Shown here: positions 1 to 6,853 of the stretch, piece after piece
Position numbering within the stretch: the stretch's first letter is position 1
Layout of the letters: the number at the start of each line of letters is the position of its first letter
Assembly (NCBI GenBank): GCA_964625275.1
Contig: CAZVBH010000001.1
Span: 1 to 56,441, forward strand
DNA: 56,441 nt
DNA from: an uncultured Lachnoclostridium sp.
GTDB taxonomy: Bacteria; Bacillota; Clostridia; Lachnospirales; Lachnospiraceae
Reading direction: 5' to 3'
Translations under genes and position numbers: made by a program
The notes under the pieces: generated by a model
Database searches by the model: none
The model's input: the letters and a program-made list of their open reading frames with translations, nothing else
Told to the model about the DNA's origin: nothing

Positions 1-113
1 TCACCACGTTCTTTGATTTCAGGTGTACCATCATAAGGCATCAAATTTAGTCTTGTATGCAAGTCGGCACGACTTCTAAGCAATTCTTGTATCTCACTAT
101 ATTGTACAGCCAT
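1..113 (-). CDS. 5' fragment (38 codons in window) of a gene running off the left edge. It is a paralogue of the Fic/Doc-type remnant at 5885-6153.
   Basis: Minus-strand ATG at 111-113, 7 nt downstream of AAGGAGGAG. Translation is MAVQYSEIQELLRSRADLHTRLNLMPYDGTPEIKERG... The first ~21 codons recur at 6153, where they are joined to a Fic/Doc-motif C-terminus. Product assignment is indirect. Confidence 0.5.
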   Translation of the reverse strand, partial: MAVQYSEIQELLRSRADLHTRLNLMPYDGTPEIKERG

Positions 114-227
114 TGTCTCTCCTCCTTTGGGGAACAATTATTGCTGATATCATATCAAAATGTTCCCCAATAGTCAATGAAGATTGGGGGACATTTTTTT
201 TGAACATATATTACTAAATGCTCCCCA
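49..227. repeat. Copy A of a ~180-bp dispersed repeat covering the 5' end plus promoter/operator region of the Fic/Doc-like gene. Copy B is at 6089-6265.
   Basis: Direct comparison at offset 6040 shows only a handful of substitutions and one small indel near 200/6240. Confidence 0.9.
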
Positions 228-228
228 G
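127..228 (-). promoter_or_regulatory. Promoter of the Fic/Doc-like gene overlaid by four copies of a 10-bp operator-like motif, TTGGGGAACA.
   Basis: Minus-strand -35 TTGACT (172-177) and -10 TATGAT (149-154) with a 17-nt spacer. Motif copies: 127-136 forward (perfect), 161-170 reverse (perfect), 184-193 forward (1 mismatch), 219-228 reverse (2 mismatches). CCCCAAT/ATTGGGG (165-171 / 183-189) brackets the -35. Confidence 0.55.
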
Positions 229-289
229 AGTCCGAAAAAATGATGTTTTTTCGGACTTTTGCCGAAGCATATAAGTTCATGATATAATG
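228..289 (+). repeat. Unit 1 of a 62-bp repeat (148-bp period), made of an AT-rich hairpin plus a promoter-like element.
   Basis: Hairpin AGTCCGAAAAAA-tgatg-TTTTTTCGGACT (229-257) followed by TTT. Then TTGCCG (259-264), an 18-nt spacer and TATAAT (283-288). There is 1 mismatch to the unit at 376-437. Confidence 0.8.
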
Positions 290-294
290 TGCGC

Positions 295-408
295 GTAGGC
301 AAAAGTGAGCATCATGCAAGTATGGCGTTCATGCTTGCATGAAAAGGCATACATGCATGATGTGAACGCGCCCGCGAGTCCGAAAAAATGAAGTTTTTTC
401 GGACTTTT
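295..408 (+). ncRNA. Candidate small RNA (~115 nt) bounded by the unit-1 promoter and the unit-2 hairpin.
   Basis: It starts about 7 nt after TATAAT(283-288). Internal 8-9 bp hairpin CATGCAAG(313-320)/CTTGCATG(334-341). Closing helix GCGCGT(291-296)/ACGCGC(366-371). It ends in the hairpin 377-405 plus TTT. No family recognised and no expression data. Confidence 0.25.
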
Positions 409-437
409 GCCGAAGCATATAAGTTCATGATATAATG
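376..437 (+). repeat. Unit 2 of the hairpin + promoter-like repeat.
   Basis: Hairpin at 377-405, TTGCCG at 407-412, TATAAT at 431-436. It points toward the ORF at 623. Confidence 0.8.
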
Positions 438-622
438 AGCGTTAGCGAGCTGGAGGAAGCGTAGCTTGTTCATATTTTCTACAGATAAAATACAGATATG
501 CTTCATACTAACTACAATTAGGACAGATATAATTTTATTTGTAATATAGCCAATCTATATTACGGGGTTATTTTCTACTATATGAAAAACTCGTTTGTTT
601 TGTTATACAGTGTATCAGAGGA

Positions 623-1117
623 GTGGTTGGTTTAATGAAAAGAGCACCGTTCAAGTGGATATTATACTATTTACAGCTTACCTTTGTAGGTGTATTTGTA
701 TTGGTATTATGTGTGTACAACATGGAAGTTAAACAAAAAGATTTTTTACAGAGAGGGATGTATACGGAAAATGTTCAGGGGATACAGTTATCTAGTAACT
801 ATTTGTCTTCTGTTTGTGGAGAAGTAGTTGATTTCAATATTCCTCAGATTAACACAGGGGATTTTATGATATATAAGAGATTATCAGAAGAATACAATGA
901 AATTGTAAGGGGAATCTATGGAACAAAAGATGTTTTCAATTACTCGTCTTATATAAAAAAGGGAAGATTTTTTGAGCAGAGTGATTACACAGAGAAAAGT
1001 GCGGTTGCGGTTATAGGGTATTCTATGCTTGACAGAATTTATACAGAAAATGGTATACAATATTTTGGTTATGATAATCAATTATATGAGGTGATTTCAA
1101 ATGGAAAAGAGAGATAA
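623..1117 (+). CDS. Membrane-anchored protein resembling the N-terminal TM plus extracytoplasmic domain of an FtsX/MacB-type (DUF1430-like) permease. Probably the 5' half of a disrupted gene.
   Basis: N-terminal TM helix (WILYYLQLTFVGVFVLVLCVY), then a soluble domain ending ...KKGRFFEQSDYTEKSAVAVIGYSML...YEVIS, typical of MacB-type periplasmic domains. It stops at 1115-1117 while the next ORF starts at 1101 in another frame. Confidence 0.4.
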   Translation: MVGLMKRAPFKWILYYLQLTFVGVFVLVLCVYNMEVKQKDFLQRGMYTENVQGIQLSSNYLSSVCGEVVDFNIPQINTGDFMIYKRLSEEYNEIVRGIYGTKDVFNYSSYIKKGRFFEQSDYTEKSAVAVIGYSMLDRIYTENGIQYFGYDNQLYEVISNGKER

Positions 1118-1607
1118 ATTACAAGGGGGAACCGAAATATTTCTGACTTTTTTAGCAACATGTGTTTCATACTATATGTATATGGATAAGTATCTAAAGA
1201 ACAATGTAAACATTATGAATTCTATCAATGAATTATCTTCCAAGGTATCCATCAGCACAGAAAAAATCTCTTATTTTTTTATTGGAATATTGACAATGTG
1301 TTTGCTGATTTTTCTTGTGATTGGATTTGTGATATATCGGATTATATTTAAGAAAGTATGTAAATGTGATGTGGAGGATTTTAAGTTATTTTTAGGTGTC
1401 ATGACATCTTATGCATTAAGCTTCTTAATTGGATATTATTTGATAGGATTAATTCCTTTAGTTATCATTACAGTATTATGTAATCTCGTTGAAATGGGGG
1501 CTGTCATTTTTTTTTGCTATGAGAATATTAAGGGAAAGGTTGTATTAGCAAGCTTAATTCGTGGAGTGTTAATCATCTTGAATGTTTTTTTTCAGTTGAC
1601 AGCATAG
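1101..1607 (+). CDS. Polytopic membrane protein, plausibly the 3' (TM-bundle) half of the same disrupted FtsX-like gene.
   Basis: It overlaps the previous ORF by 17 nt in a different frame and carries several hydrophobic helices (e.g. YFFIGILTMCLLIFLVIGFVIY). AT-rich codon usage. Confidence 0.35.
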   Translation: MEKRDKLQGGTEIFLTFLATCVSYYMYMDKYLKNNVNIMNSINELSSKVSISTEKISYFFIGILTMCLLIFLVIGFVIYRIIFKKVCKCDVEDFKLFLGVMTSYALSFLIGYYLIGLIPLVIITVLCNLVEMGAVIFFCYENIKGKVVLASLIRGVLIILNVFFQLTA

Positions 1608-1622
1608 GAATAAAAAGTAATT

Positions 1623-1661
1623 CGGATAACCTTATAACCATAAATTTTTAAGGTACAATCC
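1623..1661 (+). terminator. Short hairpin using the same AACCTTA/TAAGGT arms as the 116-bp element.
   Basis: CGGAT-AACCTTA ... TAAGGT-aca-ATCCG, immediately downstream of the stop at 1607. Confidence 0.4.
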
Positions 1662-1665
1662 GTTT

Positions 1666-1781
1666 TTAACCTTATCTGACTTTTCAGCATCAGTAGGAGG
1701 CTGGACGCCTACTGATGGGCCACGAAGTGGCTTTAAGGTTATGAGCAAGTAGCGAAGCGGACCCGGAATATCCGCTTTGAT
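1666..1781 (+). repeat. 116-bp structured intergenic repeat element, copy 1.
   Basis: Identical to 33269-33384 except for 2 substitutions. It contains the perfect hairpin CATCAGTAGG-N10-CCTACTGATG, GCCAC-gaa-GTGGC, and AAGCGG-N11-CCGCTT followed by T. Confidence 0.9.
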
Positions 1782-1831
1782 TGAGGTGGCTTCGACACCT
1801 CAATTCATATTATAAATTGGAGATATGAGAT

Positions 1832-2494
1832 ATGGACATACAAATTTTAATAGTGGAAGATGATAAAACTCAAAATGATGTACTTGCAAATTTTTTGAAA
1901 TATGAAAATTACAAAGTATATTCAGCATACACGATTCTGGAAGCAAGGGAGTATATGAAACAGGATATTCATCTGGTTATTTTGGATGTAATGCTGCCAG
2001 ATGGAAATGGACTTGCTTTTTTAAAAGAAATACGAAAAACAACGTCTGTGCCGGTAATTGTTCTTACTGCATTGGATGACGAGTATACGCAGATGCAGAG
2101 TTTTGATCTAAAAGCGGATGAGTATGTAGATAAACCAGTATCTCCAGTTGTCATGACAAAGAGAGTGAAGGCATTGGTGGAACGGATCTATGGAAATAGC
2201 AGTATTGTGAAGATTAACGGTTTTTTATTTGATTTTGAGCGTTTTGTTATAACATCTGAAAATGGTGAAGAAATAAAGCTGACGACGAAGGAGATTCAGA
2301 TCGTAAAACTTTTATATGATTATCATGGCAAGGTAGTGACTCGCGATATGATTCTGGATTTTGTATGGGGAAATGAATATGTCGGAGAGGATAGACTAAT
2401 AGATACCCATATCAAAAATATCAGGAAAAAATTAGGTAATGAAATAATTGTAACAGTAAAAGGTGTAGGATATCGGTTACAAGGGTTTATATAA
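1832..2494 (+). CDS. OmpR/PhoB-family response regulator.
   Basis: Receiver domain (ILIVEDD, LVILDVMLPDGNG, KP) plus a winged-helix C-terminus (...VKGVGYRL). RBS GGAGA lies upstream of the ATG. Confidence 0.9.
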   Translation: MDIQILIVEDDKTQNDVLANFLKYENYKVYSAYTILEAREYMKQDIHLVILDVMLPDGNGLAFLKEIRKTTSVPVIVLTALDDEYTQMQSFDLKADEYVDKPVSPVVMTKRVKALVERIYGNSSIVKINGFLFDFERFVITSENGEEIKLTTKEIQIVKLLYDYHGKVVTRDMILDFVWGNEYVGEDRLIDTHIKNIRKKLGNEIIVTVKGVGYRLQGFI

Positions 2495-2502
2495 TCAGAA
2501 GG

Positions 2503-3924
2503 GTGGTAGATTTTATACATATGAGAAAACTTAAAATTTTTTGGAAAGTATTTTACATGACGATGACGATTTTGAGTTTGATGGTTGTAATTGCTTATTT
2601 TTTATTATATCTACTTCTTCCGGATTTTTATAAAAGTTATAAGAAAGAGCAGTATCAGAATTTAACAAATGATTTTATAAAACAGTTTGCATTAGTAACT
2701 GATTTTGGGGAGGAAACGGAACTGTTATCGGTATATGCCCAACAGAATGGGATAGATTTGGAATTGCGTAATGACGTGGATGAAGTGATATTTGATTTTT
2801 ATCAGGGAAATTATATTGTTACAAATTGGGATTCCACAGAGCTTTCGGGTGATGAAGCCGGCGCAGCTGTGGAAATAAATGGAAATGGAGTTGCGGAGTA
2901 TGAAAAAGTTAGCGTTGAATGTAGTTATGTATTAAAAGATGGTTCTGACAGGACATTGACAGTTATGGTTCCACTTCAGCCATTGAATGAGGCAAAGGAA
3001 GTAATGATTCGCATTTATCCAGTTGCATGTGTGATTTGCATTGCATTTGCTTTTGTATTTGCTTTTGTGTTTTCGAAGATATATATAAAGCCCATTAAAC
3101 AGATTAGTATATTGGCAAGAAAAATGTCGTATTTGGAAGAAAATGTTGAAATACCGGTTAATTCTTCTGATGAGATAGGGCAACTAAGCCAGGATATCAA
3201 TCAATTATATCAAGAATTAAAAGGAACGATTGATACATTAAATACAGAGCTTAGGAAATTTTCTGATGCGGAGAATCGGAAGATTGGTTTCTTTCGAACA
3301 TTTTCCCATGAACTCAAAACGCCTTTGGCAGCTGCAAATGCTTTGTTGGAGGGTATGATTCATGAAATTCCACCATATAATACGAATCAACAAAAGTATT
3401 TAACAGAGTGCCGTCAATTTTTGGAGAAAGCAGTGGAATTGGTAAAAGAGTCGCTGTCTTTTTCAATGGTGGAGTACAGCGAGCAGGTTACGGTATGCAA
3501 TGTGAAAGAATTGGTTTATGATGTGACGTCTGATTATATGATGATTATACGTTCAAAACAGATTGAATATGTTGAGAAAATTCCCGTGGATTTTTTTGTG
3601 CAGACCAGGACAGGTCTTTTAAAAAAGGCAGTATCTAATATCGTATCAAATGCAGTCAATTATACACCGGGGAAAGGGCGGATTTATGTGTATTGCAAGG
3701 GGGACACTTTAATAATAGAGAACACCTGTATTCCGCTGCCTGCGGCTGAATTGGATAAAATTTATGAGCCATTTTATTCGGGGAATAATGATAATAAGAT
3801 GTCAAATGGATTGGGTTTGTCAATCGTAAAACAGCTGTTTGGTATGTTACATATTGATTACCGATTTGAACCATTGGAAAATGGAAAAGGAATGAAGTTT
3901 ATGGCATCTTTGGATAAAGTTTGA
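2503..3924 (+). CDS. Sensor histidine kinase with a ~130-aa extracytoplasmic loop.
   Basis: Two TM helices flank the loop. H-box FSHELKTPL, N-box SNAVNYTP, G-box NGLGLSIV. The start is uncertain (GTG 2503 or ATG 2521). Confidence 0.85.
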   Translation: MVDFIHMRKLKIFWKVFYMTMTILSLMVVIAYFLLYLLLPDFYKSYKKEQYQNLTNDFIKQFALVTDFGEETELLSVYAQQNGIDLELRNDVDEVIFDFYQGNYIVTNWDSTELSGDEAGAAVEINGNGVAEYEKVSVECSYVLKDGSDRTLTVMVPLQPLNEAKEVMIRIYPVACVICIAFAFVFAFVFSKIYIKPIKQISILARKMSYLEENVEIPVNSSDEIGQLSQDINQLYQELKGTIDTLNTELRKFSDAENRKIGFFRTFSHELKTPLAAANALLEGMIHEIPPYNTNQQKYLTECRQFLEKAVELVKESLSFSMVEYSEQVTVCNVKELVYDVTSDYMMIIRSKQIEYVEKIPVDFFVQTRTGLLKKAVSNIVSNAVNYTPGKGRIYVYCKGDTLIIENTCIPLPAAELDKIYEPFYSGNNDNKMSNGLGLSIVKQLFGMLHIDYRFEPLENGKGMKFMASLDKV

Positions 3925-4024
3925 GGAGCGATAAGATGATATTCCGGTTGGATTTTCTTATGGTTGTCGCGTCTAGCCTTCATCCAGCTTTTATCAAGGT
4001 CACTTTTCTTGGGCGGTTTCAAAC

Positions 4025-4246
4025 TCATTCAAATCCACCTCCCAGCATATTTGACAGATATGGATTAGCATAATTGCGTGTAATGCAGCTCTCAAACCAT
4101 GTCATGACTTCGCTGATAATAGGAATATCATAGTTTATGGCAAGAAATGAGAGGTAAGCTATTTTGGGATTAACATTTGTGTTAATCCTCTTCTTATTTA
4201 AGGAAGCTCCAAGAGTGATGCTGTCAGAGTTACGATTATAAATCAT
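4025..4246 (-). CDS. Unassigned 73-aa ORF, possibly a gene remnant.
   Basis: Open frame only. No RBS or motif recognised. A second short frame (MSLKPPKKSDLDKSWMKARR...) follows out of frame, which suggests decay. Confidence 0.2.
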   Translation of the reverse strand: MIYNRNSDSITLGASLNKKRINTNVNPKIAYLSFLAINYDIPIISEVMTWFESCITRNYANPYLSNMLGGGFE

Positions 4247-4348
4247 GGCAGACTTCTTGCCTGTAACAGCCTTGCGGAAAAGTGATTCAGAATGTAATTT
4301 TTGATTAAATATTCACGCACTTTAGTGCGAAAATTTAAGAAAAATACG

Positions 4349-4377
4349 TTGAAAATTACACGAATATTCATTATACT
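4349..4377 (+). promoter_or_regulatory. Sigma-A-type promoter for the ATPase gene.
   Basis: TTGAAA (4349-4354), 17-nt spacer, TATACT (4372-4377). The palindrome CGCACTttAGTGCG lies just upstream. Confidence 0.55.
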
Positions 4378-4406
4378 ATTAATATCATCTTTAGGGAGGA
4401 TTAAAT

Positions 4407-5702
4407 ATGTATAGGAAAATCAATGTTTTTTTAGAAGCCTGGAAAGAAAATAAATATCGTAAGCCATTAATATTACAAGGAGCCAGGCAGGTTGGAAAGA
4501 CATATTCAATTTTGGAGTTTGGACGTTCTCATTATGAGAATGTCGCATATTTTAATTTCGAGACGAATCCAAACCTGAACGCAACCTTTGAGGAAGATAT
4601 TAGTCCGGCTTATCTGATTCCGGTTTTGTCTCATATTTCCGGTCAGACCATAGTAAGAGAAAAAACACTAATAGTTTTTGATGAAGTGCAGCTTTGTGAA
4701 AGAGCACTGACTTCACTCAAATATTTTTGTGAAGAAGCATCTGAGTATCATATTATTGTAGCAGGCAGCTTGCTTGGTGTTGCTGTTAACAGAAAAAGAT
4801 TTTCGTTTCCTGTGGGCAAGGTAGATATAAAAACACTTTATCCATTAGATATGGAAGAATTTATGCTTGCCATGGGCGAAGCTGATTTGGTAAATCAGAT
4901 AAAAATATGCTTTCAGACTAATGCACCATTACCGACAGCATTACACAATGCGGCTATGAACCTTTATCGTCAGTATTTGGTGGTTGGGGGGATGCCGGAA
5001 TGTGTAGCACAGTTTTCTGAAACAGGAGATTATATACTTGTTCGTCATACTCAGGATACAATCCTTACAAGCTACTTAAATGACATGAGCAAATATAATA
5101 ATTTAAACGAAATCAAAAAAACCAGACTTACTTATGATAATATTACAGTGCAGCTTTCAAAAAAAAATACACGTTTTCAGTACAAGCTTATTAAAAAAGG
5201 TGGGAGAGCTTCAGAATTTGAAAATGCAATTGAATGGCTTTGTCTGTCTGGAATTGTATCGCAGATATACAAATTAGAACAGATTAAAAAGCCTCTCGAA
5301 AATTATCGGGATATCGATTCCTTTAAAATATATGTTTCAGATTTAGGCTTACTTGCAGCAAAAAAGAATTTAACAGCAGGCGATATCCTTTATATGGGAG
5401 ACGAATTAAATGATTTTAAGGGTGGAATGGTTGAAAATTATGTAAATGTGCAGCTTAGCATAAATGGCCATCGAACTTATTATTGGTCATCAGACAGAGG
5501 AGCAGAAATAGATTTTGTGATTCAGCTTGATGATAAACTGATTCCAATAGAGGTCAAATCAGCAGACAATACTAAAGCTAAAAGCTTAAAGATTTATATG
5601 GAGACATATAAGCCGGAATACGCAATAAAGCTCTCTACAAAGAACTTTGGCTTTGAAAATGGGAAAAAAAGTGTCCCACTTTATGCTGCATTTTGTATCT
5701 GA
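4407..5702 (+). CDS. AAA-type ATPase with a C-terminal PD-(D/E)xK-like domain (COG1373 / AAA_14+DUF4143 architecture, recalled from memory).
   Basis: Walker A GARQVGKT and Walker B LIVFDEVQ. The C-terminus GAEIDFVI...LIPIEVKS fits a D...ExK nuclease-fold motif. RBS AGGGAGG. Confidence 0.8.
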   Translation: MYRKINVFLEAWKENKYRKPLILQGARQVGKTYSILEFGRSHYENVAYFNFETNPNLNATFEEDISPAYLIPVLSHISGQTIVREKTLIVFDEVQLCERALTSLKYFCEEASEYHIIVAGSLLGVAVNRKRFSFPVGKVDIKTLYPLDMEEFMLAMGEADLVNQIKICFQTNAPLPTALHNAAMNLYRQYLVVGGMPECVAQFSETGDYILVRHTQDTILTSYLNDMSKYNNLNEIKKTRLTYDNITVQLSKKNTRFQYKLIKKGGRASEFENAIEWLCLSGIVSQIYKLEQIKKPLENYRDIDSFKIYVSDLGLLAAKKNLTAGDILYMGDELNDFKGGMVENYVNVQLSINGHRTYYWSSDRGAEIDFVIQLDDKLIPIEVKSADNTKAKSLKIYMETYKPEYAIKLSTKNFGFENGKKSVPLYAAFCI

Positions 5703-5730
5703 TTACAAAACTAATATAGCTATAAAACAA

Positions 5731-5782
5731 GTTGGGAAATTTAGAGATGGGATTCCTTTTCGCACCAGTTTTATGTTATACT
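5731..5782 (+). promoter_or_regulatory. Promoter-like block with an extended -10 (TGtTATACT), copy 1. It is an orphan that points antisense into the Fic/Doc remnant.
   Basis: About 52 bp closely similar to 6286-6337 (gttggGaaatttagagatgggattcctttTcgcacc..tgttatact). Confidence 0.4.
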
Positions 5783-5884
5783 AACTACAATGGGTGTCTT
5801 TTTTGTTAAGAGATATAAAAATTCATGGATTCGTGCTACAATAAATTGTAGTGTCACACCCACATTGTTGCCACAGCGAATTGC

Positions 5885-6153
5885 TTAGGATTGTATAGTT
5901 TTCCAGCAGTGTGCTTTTATAAATGCTGCAATCACAGCGATATCTTCGCCCTCATAGTATTTTATAAGCAATTGTTTGAATTCCGGCACTTCTTTTTCTG
6001 GAATCACCAAGAAACCACCGCCATGCGCAATAAGATAATGGTTTGCAAAAATGACAGAAGCCCGTTTATTGCCGTCCAAGAATATCTGAGTCTTGTATGC
6101 AGGTCGGCACGACTTCTAAGCAATTCTTGTATCTCACTATATTGTACAGCCAT
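5885..6153 (-). pseudogene. Fic/Doc-family gene remnant with an internal deletion and a frameshift.
   Basis: ATG at 6153 with the same RBS and the same first ~21 codons as the gene at 113. At ~6089 the sequence jumps out of frame into (L)DGNKRASVIFANHYLIAHGGGFLVIP, the distal part of the HxFx(D/E)GN(G/K)R Fic/Doc motif. The N-terminal frame terminates shortly afterwards. Confidence 0.7.
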
Positions 6154-6265
6154 TGTCTCTCCTCCTTTGGGGAACAATTATTGCTGATATCATATCAAAA
6201 TGTTCCCCAATAGTCAATGAAGATTGGGGAACATTTTTTGAATATATATTACTAAATGCTCCCCA
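6089..6265. repeat. Copy B of the ~180-bp Fic/Doc 5'-region repeat.
   Basis: See copy A (49-227). Confidence 0.9.
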
Positions 6266-6266
6266 A
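6167..6266 (-). promoter_or_regulatory. Duplicate of the Fic/Doc promoter/operator array. Here it lies in the divergent region upstream of the 6402 cassette.
   Basis: TTGGGGAACA at 6167-6176 forward, 6201-6210 reverse, 6224-6233 forward (all perfect), and 6257-6266 reverse (1 mismatch). Confidence 0.55.
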
Positions 6267-6285
6267 CCTAATATATATATAACAT

Positions 6286-6337
6286 GTTGGAAAATTTTAA
6301 GATGGGATTTCCTTTCGCACCGACTTTGTGTTATACT
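6286..6337 (+). promoter_or_regulatory. Promoter-like block copy 2, upstream of the two-gene cassette.
   Basis: Same block as 5731-5782, ending in the extended -10 TGtTATACT (6329-6337), about 65 nt before ATG 6402. Confidence 0.45.
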
Positions 6338-6401
6338 GGTGTAAATAAAAAAATATAGCTGTCATTTGACACTACCTGAGTGTTTTGAAAGAGGAAAAAT
6401 T

Positions 6402-6851
6402 ATGTTAAAGATAGTATTTGGAGAAATTGAAAATTCGATATATCATCCACCAACTTATTTTGATAATCGTTATGAGGATGATTGGATAACAGACCCTTTA
6501 ACTGTCAAGATGATAAAGGATATAGACAAATCAGATGTGATAGGACCATATCTGATTCAGAGTCCGGTATTAGGACCAATTTCTGTAAAAGAAATTTCAG
6601 GAGGAGTTAAAACTTTAATTCTTATGGCTTTTGATGAGTCCGGAAAAATATTTAATGCTTCAGTCTGTGGAGATAATTGTAGCAAGTGGATTAATGAAAT
6701 AGGTAGAACAAAAGATTTAACAATTAATCTTCATCATATTATGGATTTTAGTAATGCCAGAGAGTTTACTGCACTTATGTTAAATACTGGCAAAGTAGTT
6801 CACAGTTATGAAGAATACCTTTCAGAAGTATTTAGGATTGAGGAGCGATAA
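6402..6851 (+). CDS. Small (149 aa) protein. From memory it resembles Pfam DUF4869. It carries an ABC/SMC signature-like motif.
   Basis: ATG 6402 lies 7 nt after GAGG; the ORF-track TTG at 6366 is unlikely. Sequence MLKIVFGEIENSIYHPPTYFDN...KEISGGVKTLILMAFDESGKIF. The stop at 6849-6851 is 2 nt before the next ATG. Confidence 0.6.
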   Translation: MLKIVFGEIENSIYHPPTYFDNRYEDDWITDPLTVKMIKDIDKSDVIGPYLIQSPVLGPISVKEISGGVKTLILMAFDESGKIFNASVCGDNCSKWINEIGRTKDLTINLHHIMDFSNAREFTALMLNTGKVVHSYEEYLSEVFRIEER

Positions 6852-6853
6852 AA

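Noticed and set aside
314-391. 25-codon ORF (MQVWRSCLHEKAYMHDVNAPASPKK) inside the candidate sRNA, considered as a small toxin or leader peptide
   Set aside because: The Shine-Dalgarno is weak or absent, the peptide is not hydrophobic, and its stop lies in the terminator loop. It cannot be supported from sequence alone.
312-506. 64-aa minus-strand ORF across the tandem hairpin/promoter units
   Set aside because: It lies over repeat and hairpin sequence. There is no RBS and the composition looks non-protein-like. It is most likely a chance ORF.
4025-4246. Possible transposase or integrase remnant marking an island boundary
   Set aside because: I could not recognise any transposase or integrase motif or terminal inverted repeats. 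It is kept only as an unassigned low-confidence ORF.
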